Program-made: the position numbers and the translations under genes
Notes under the pieces: model-generated
Told to the model about the DNA's origin: nothing
Seen by the model: the letters and a program-made list of their open reading frames with translations, nothing else
The model's database searches: none
Shown: one piece after another, positions 33,701 to 37,391 of the stretch
Position numbering within the stretch: position 1 is the stretch's first letter
How the letters are laid out: every line of letters begins with the position of its first letter
Source of the DNA: Candidatus Woesearchaeota archaeon
Lineage (GTDB): Archaea > Nanobdellota > Nanobdellia > SCGC-AAA011-G17 > GW2011-AR18
NCBI GenBank assembly: GCA_018303515.1
Contig: JAGVXZ010000025.1
Location: forward strand, 1 to 37,391
Direction of reading: 5' to 3'
Length of the DNA stretch: 37,391 nt

Positions 33701-35501
33701 TCTACTTTTGAATTTTGGAATTAAATCAAGGAGAAGTAAAAATTCCATAGATAAAAGAGTGTGGTATGAATTAGCTATTAATGGTGAAAGCTATAATATT
33801 TATGCTAAAGAGATAGGATTTCCTCTTGCTCCAAGAAAACAAGAGCTAATGAATATAAGAAATGTACAGATAAGAAGAAAAAAAGAACAAAAATATAGCA
33901 AAGTTTTATCTGTTAGAGAGGTGGGATTTTCTGATGTATATGATATTACCGAACCAGAAACACATTCATTAATTGCTAATGGAATGGTTGTGCATAACTG
34001 CAATCTTGGTTCAATAAATTTGTCTAAATTTATTCGGAAAGATGGATCTGATTTTGATTGGGAGAGATTAAAAGATTGTGTCTGGAACACTACTCATTTT
34101 TTAGACAATGTAATTGAAGTTAACAACTATCCTTTAGAAGAGATCGAAGAAATTTCTAAAAAAAATAGAAGAATTGGTTTAGGTGTAATGGGGTGGGCAG
34201 AATCATTAGTAATATTAAACTTACCTTACAATTCTCAAGGAGCATTAGATAAAGCAGAAAAAGTAATGCATTTTATTAATGATAATTGTTTGTTTGCTTC
34301 AATTGAATTGGGAAATAAAAGGGGAATCTTTTTTAACTACAGAAATTCAATCTTCGATCCTGACGGTGAACATTTTAGAGGCCATGATCTAAAACCTAGG
34401 AATTGTGCAAGAACAACAATTGCTCCAACAGGGACAATTGGAATTACTGCTGGTTTGCAAGGTGCTGGTATTGAACCTTTTTTTGCAATTGCTTATACAA
34501 GATATAATGCAAAAGGAATTGATTGTTTAAAAGAAGGAAAAACCCCACCTGCAGAATGTACATTCTGGGAGATAAATCCTTTATTTAAAGAAATAGCAAA
34601 GAAAAATAATTTCTTCGGATTAAAAGAAGAAGAGTTATGGAAAAAAGTTGAAAAAAATCATAAATCTGTAAAGGGTATTGAAGAAATACCAGAAAAAATT
34701 CAAGATATTTTTTTAACTTCACACGACTTAGAGCCTAAAGATCATATTTTAATGCAAGCAGCATTCCAAAAATACACTAACAATGCAGTTTCTAAAACAA
34801 TTAATTTAAGAAATGAAGCTACAATTGAAGATGTTGAAGAATGTTACATGCTGGCTTACGATAATGGTTGTAAAGGTGTAACAATTTATAGGGATGGTTC
34901 AAAACAATTTCAGGTACTTAATTTATCTGATAAAAAAGTTGAAAAAAAAGAAGAAACAAAAATAATTTATCAACCAAAAATAAGGATTGGTAAAGGTGAA
35001 GCCGAATTATCAACTTATTACAAAGTTCCTACAGGTTATGGAGATCTACATATGCACATAAATTATGATGACGAAGGTCCATTAAGAATCTTTGCGAACA
35101 TTTCACCAACAGGAACTGAAGTATCAGGCTTGACTTGTGTTATTGGAATTTTATTATCTAAATATTTTGAATATGGTGGAGATCCAATTAAAGTGTTGAA
35201 ACATTTAAATTCTATAAAAGGTGATAAACCATATGGATTTGGTACAAAGAGAATAGACTCAATTCCACATGCAATGGCACAAGCATTAAGGGATCATTTA
35301 ATTAAAACAGGTAAATTGGCAATTAAAGTTGGCGGTGATGCTACACAAAAAGATGATAAGAAACAGTTAAGATTAGATGTTGAAGGTCACAAAGCAACGA
35401 TATCAATCTACTGCCCACAATGTTACAGCTCAAATGTAGAAATGGTTTCAGGTTGTTCTGAACCAACCTGCTTTGATTGTGGTTTTTCAAAATGTAGTTA
35501 G
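30729..35501 (+). CDS. nrdJ: class II (adenosylcobalamin-dependent) ribonucleotide reductase with two inteins
   Basis: 1590-aa precursor, 851 aa after removing the inteins. Extein motifs are PNSPTLMNAG...QLSA|CYVLPVEDS, STNPCGEQPLLPNEP|CNLGSINL, and a C-terminal Cys-rich tail (CPQC...CSEPTCFDCGFSKC). GGGGT lies 8 nt upstream of the ATG. The start overlaps nrdR by 35 nt. Confidence 0.95.
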   Translation: MNEQQIQIQKSKIELTENQLKVIKDKYLKDSPTVEDWLYGIATNVALGDILHIPGVNENQIFDGVKITKEITEPIRGNISKVYLFHKGINEYNIRNDNIKKFLENLKELATTDIKCKNIVEETAQKFYNLMSNFEFLPNSPTLMNAGRDLQQLSACFREDQPIMTANGIKPIIEIKQGDRVLTASGNYKEVTHVMQRFVESYRVIDVWKLPNKTLRVTDEHPILCLDKESKKPIWKLAGNLQEEDFVAVSYPKQIVDLKKLEVINYMDSKFVVHENKIYKLNKDKRCPRYNKQIKPVYNEIDVDADLMKIFGYFLSEGDIDGRDSVRFTFNSDELEYMEDVIYLMKKKFGLGSKIEKSNSGHWSNVRFHSIILVGLFEKILGKGFSKKRVPSWILTLPKEKQKGLLFGLLRGDGYSFQNRHNTNIKAVLSNKDLVYCIWAIFARLGILSSFKKNNLQKLSTTNSYTCQLNGFESGKLFNEIFVGREFKGLSQLNMRRVKCLCIGEMFYLPIKNITVVFEPTTVYNFEVEGEHTYVANNIAVHNCYVLPVEDSIEGWLKAVTSAGIIHKSGGGTGFSVSRVRPKGSNVKSTKGVASGPLSPLRMIDGMTAEIKQGGQRRGANMGILSVHHPDIKDFISIKKTPGQLENFNISVAIDDEFMEAVRTNSEYDLIDPNTNKVVRKESARKIWDEMVKGAWETGDPGFVVIDRINNTDSNPTPHLGLIESTNPCGEQPLLPNEPCFAPDTLITTKGGLETIEGLYQKQINGEKIIIATDNIVDSRVGIEFKPCLVSKTGYKKIVEVNLNNGQEIKVTPNHQIFTTKGWKRAEKLTREDEVFIQSSSIYQSVDEGIVSSEIVEESLLGWLCGDGWFTRGKRYSIGICFGQEETFAQKKLIPLFKKYFNCNSNSYIDKNDVIQISTEKNYAVEKLIELGLKPGRAPHKEIPDYILTTKKEKISSYLGALFSADGEVSLYRRRVRFTSASPKLIKQVQLLLLNFGIKSRRSKNSIDKRVWYELAINGESYNIYAKEIGFPLAPRKQELMNIRNVQIRRKKEQKYSKVLSVREVGFSDVYDITEPETHSLIANGMVVHNCNLGSINLSKFIRKDGSDFDWERLKDCVWNTTHFLDNVIEVNNYPLEEIEEISKKNRRIGLGVMGWAESLVILNLPYNSQGALDKAEKVMHFINDNCLFASIELGNKRGIFFNYRNSIFDPDGEHFRGHDLKPRNCARTTIAPTGTIGITAGLQGAGIEPFFAIAYTRYNAKGIDCLKEGKTPPAECTFWEINPLFKEIAKKNNFFGLKEEELWKKVEKNHKSVKGIEEIPEKIQDIFLTSHDLEPKDHILMQAAFQKYTNNAVSKTINLRNEATIEDVEECYMLAYDNGCKGVTIYRDGSKQFQVLNLSDKKVEKKEETKIIYQPKIRIGKGEAELSTYYKVPTGYGDLHMHINYDDEGPLRIFANISPTGTEVSGLTCVIGILLSKYFEYGGDPIKVLKHLNSIKGDKPYGFGTKRIDSIPHAMAQALRDHLIKTGKLAIKVGGDATQKDDKKQLRLDVEGHKATISIYCPQCYSSNVEMVSGCSEPTCFDCGFSKCS
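31194..32357 (+). mobile_element. intein 1 (388 aa) with LAGLIDADG homing-endonuclease domain
   Basis: It begins CFREDQPIMTANG (block A) and contains LRVTDEHPIL (block B). LAGLIDADG motifs are KIFGYFLSEGDIDG and LLFGLLRGDGYS. It ends VYNFEVEGEHTYVANNIAVHN, followed by Cys+1. Both boundaries are in frame. Confidence 0.9.
32946..33998 (+). mobile_element. intein 2 (351 aa) with LAGLIDADG homing-endonuclease domain
   Basis: It begins CFAPDTLITTKGG and contains IKVTPNHQIFT. LAGLIDADG motifs are LLGWLCGDGWF and YLGALFSADGEV. It ends VYDITEPETHSLIANGMVVHN, followed by Cys+1. Confidence 0.9.
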
Positions 35502-35565
35502 AGATACATACTAAGATTGAAAATAAATTGAATCCAATTACCAATAATGATTTCAAAAGTTAAAC

Positions 35566-35595
35566 AGAGAAATTTATTCTCTTTATTCTTTTTTG
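35566..35595 (+). terminator. hairpin plus T-tract downstream of nrdJ
   Basis: agagaa-attta-ttctct (6-bp stem) followed by ttattcttttttg. Archaeal termination at oligo-T is established, but the role of the hairpin here is inference. Confidence 0.35.
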
Positions 35596-35649
35596 AATGT
35601 TTATTTGGTCAACAATAAAATATATAAAGAACTTAGGAATTAACAAAAT

Positions 35650-35967
35650 ATGACTGTTAAAGAAATCAATTCCTCAAACTTTAAAGAAGAAGTTTTGAAT
35701 TCTAAGAAGCCTGTAGTAATTGATAATTTTGCTGTTTGGTGTGGTCCATGCCAATCAATGAAACCCATTTTTAAAGAATTATCTGAAGAGATGAAAGAAA
35801 TTAAATTTGTTTCTGTTGATGTTGATGAATCTGGGGATATCGCGACTCAATATGGAGTAAGAAGTATCCCAACATTTATTCTATTAAAAAATGGAAAAGT
35901 AATAACCCAATTTGTAGGTGGAATGTCAAAAGCTCAACTTAAAGAAAAGATTAAATCTAATCTATAA
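35650..35967 (+). CDS. trxA: thioredoxin
   Basis: 105 aa with the WCGPC active site and RSIPTFILLKNGK. It lies directly downstream of nrdJ. Confidence 0.9.
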   Translation: MTVKEINSSNFKEEVLNSKKPVVIDNFAVWCGPCQSMKPIFKELSEEMKEIKFVSVDVDESGDIATQYGVRSIPTFILLKNGKVITQFVGGMSKAQLKEKIKSNL

Positions 35968-36994
35968 TTTCCGTTTTTATTTTTTCTAAATCACAAAAAT
36001 CGGTTGTAAAATTATAAGCTCCAGCATTAAGAAAAGTTAATTTATTTCCTATCTTTGGATTTTCCAAATAAACTCTATATCTAAACAAATCCATTGAACA
36101 AGGTGTTATCCCCTTTATCACATAAGGATCTCCATCATCTTTAGAAAGTTCACCCTCAACTAACAATTTTACTGGCACTATTAATGCATCCATATCGGTA
36201 TTATAAACAGAAGCATCTACAATAATATTCTTCTCATAAATACCAATTATTTCAGTTTCAAGTTTAACTGCTGAAGCAGCAATGAACCTTCCCGGTTCTA
36301 TGATTAATTTTATTTCTCCTAATAATTCTTTGAACTTCTTTATCTTATTAAATATTATATCAATCACATCAACATTAGTATTTGCATATTCAGAGGGTAA
36401 TCCTCCACCAATACAAACTAAATCAATTTTCACATTTTTCTCTAAAATATTTTTCATTTCAGAAGTATAATCCCATTCACTAATATTCTGGGTTTTTCTA
36501 TGGAAATGAATCCCCAGTTTATCTATATTCTTATTATTTCTTAATTCCCTTAATTTTTTATTCACTGTCTCTGAATTCATCCCGAATACAAAATATTTTT
36601 CAGTTCGTAAAGTATTTTCTTTAAGTTTAATTCTTAATAACAAATTTATTTGTCCAAAAATCTCATAAATATTCCCATTTAAAAATTGAATTAAAATATT
36701 CAAATCACTTTCATTATCAACTACAAACCATCTTATTTTATGTTCTAATAATCCTTGAATTAATTCTTCATCCCACGCTTGAGCTAAAAATATAACCCTT
36801 GATTTATCTTTAATATTTTTAAGTTCATTAACCATATGTAGACTAAACATAGAATCTGTATTTTCTTCTAACACCTTTGAGATTAAAGGATTTGTTTTAG
36901 AACTATATGAAACAAACTCACATAAAGATTTAATTTTTTTATACTGTTCAATTACTTTCGATTTTGATAGAATGAATTTAGACTTACTTTGCAT
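35957..36994 (-). CDS. PLP-dependent decarboxylase, Orn/DAP/Arg decarboxylase (alanine-racemase fold) family
   Basis: 345 aa with PLP-Lys context YSSKTNP, plus GIHFH, IGGGLPSEY, EPGRFIAASA, ITPCSMDLF and NAGAYNF. Substrate cannot be assigned by eye. Confidence 0.75.
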   Translation of the reverse strand: MQSKSKFILSKSKVIEQYKKIKSLCEFVSYSSKTNPLISKVLEENTDSMFSLHMVNELKNIKDKSRVIFLAQAWDEELIQGLLEHKIRWFVVDNESDLNILIQFLNGNIYEIFGQINLLLRIKLKENTLRTEKYFVFGMNSETVNKKLRELRNNKNIDKLGIHFHRKTQNISEWDYTSEMKNILEKNVKIDLVCIGGGLPSEYANTNVDVIDIIFNKIKKFKELLGEIKLIIEPGRFIAASAVKLETEIIGIYEKNIIVDASVYNTDMDALIVPVKLLVEGELSKDDGDPYVIKGITPCSMDLFRYRVYLENPKIGNKLTFLNAGAYNFTTDFCDLEKIKTEIID

Positions 36995-37001
36995 TTTATG
37001 A

Positions 37002-37391
37002 TTATTCCCTTTTTATTTTATCTAGTAACCCTTCTTTGGATAATTCATCTAAAGCACTACACATTGCTAAAGGAAACATTATTGTTACATCTCCAATTAC
37101 TGTACAAACATCAGAATCTTCCTTTACTTTTCCCCAGGATTTTGCTTCATCAGTTGTAGCACCCGAAACACTTCCAGAAGTTTTTTGTGCTGTCGTCATA
37201 TATAATGCATATTCTGCTCCACCATTTAAGAGAGTACATAAAATTGCATGGTGTTTTGAGATACTTCCACCTAATGCAATAACAGCTTTTTTTTCATCAA
37301 AAGAAGTTGTTAACAAAATATTTCCAAAATCCTTCACAACATCAATTACAAAATCATTATGTTTTTTTTGAAATAAATATAAATGAAATCC
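37002..37391 (-). CDS. dys: deoxyhypusine synthase, C-terminal part (N-terminus beyond window)
   Basis: The frame stays open to base 37391, and the track's 'M' at 37337 is an internal GTG. The sequence reads ALGGSISKHHAILCTLLNGGAEYALYMTTAQKTSGSVSGATTDEAKSWGKV, which contains the DHS signature with the catalytic Lys region (SWGK). Confidence 0.85.
   Translation of the reverse strand, partial: GFHLYLFQKKHNDFVIDVVKDFGNILLTTSFDEKKAVIALGGSISKHHAILCTLLNGGAEYALYMTTAQKTSGSVSGATTDEAKSWGKVKEDSDVCTVIGDVTIMFPLAMCSALDELSKEGLLDKIKRE

Noticed and set aside
30391-35556. Minus-strand track ORFs inside nrdR and nrdJ (30391..30609, 30786..30986, 31300..31485, 31882..32079, 32269..32463, 33257..33439, 33800..34090, 35341..35556)
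   Set aside because: They are antisense to a continuous 1590-codon frame with RNR and intein motifs throughout.
1-37391. CRISPR arrays, rRNA genes, IS elements or transposases, integrases and prophage structural genes
   Set aside because: I looked for regularly spaced direct repeats and for DDE, tyrosine- or serine-recombinase-like ORFs on both strands and found none. The only self-mobile elements seen are the two inteins.

Overview
This is a 37.4-kb, gene-dense, AT-rich archaeal chromosome segment. The archaeal call rests on a family-B DNA polymerase, an MJ0724-type Ogg, an intron-containing tRNA-Leu, deoxyhypusine synthase, an Lhr helicase, and TATA boxes 25-30 nt upstream of many start codons. 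A small-genome, DPANN-like host is my inference only. I support 42 CDS, one tRNA, two frameshift-decayed genes and two inteins. Three of the CDS are missing from the supplied ORF track: a window-truncated Trx-fold gene (1-615), a 51-aa TRASH/YHS gene (3307-3462) and a 50-aa zinc-ribbon gene (26791-26943). The window falls into three blocks. (1) 1-9454 is an extracytoplasmic copper/thiol island. It holds an ArsR-type regulator, a TRASH-CopA P-type ATPase, a TRASH micro-protein, DUF411/CopG, a polyferredoxin-cupredoxin fusion, Cys-rich exported proteins, two membrane-tethered wHTH regulators and two proteins sharing an LPxMVGGC C-terminus. (2) 9482-24139 is housekeeping with a high density of oxidative-damage genes (Ogg, Bcp, Prx, SOD, ITPase). 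It also holds Lhr, a metallophosphoesterase, AlaX, GuaB, PolB and a wHTH/nucleotidyltransferase pair. (3) 24371-35967 is a dNTP-supply supercluster. It starts with decayed gene remnants and a GC-richer kinase cassette (two dNK-family genes and an aberrant TK1-like gene). It continues with a wHTH/PLD-like regulator and a two-domain Dcd. It ends with nrdR (with tandem NrdR boxes), a class II RNR carrying two LAGLIDADG inteins, and thioredoxin. The window ends with a PLP decarboxylase and a truncated deoxyhypusine synthase. The best candidates for undescribed biology are the kinase/TK1-like/Dcd module, the LPxMVGGC-tailed exported proteins, and the membrane-tethered wHTH sensors together with the cupredoxin-polyferredoxin fusion. 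I saw no CRISPR array, rRNA, transposase or integrase. All family calls are by-eye motif recognition; none was checked against a database.
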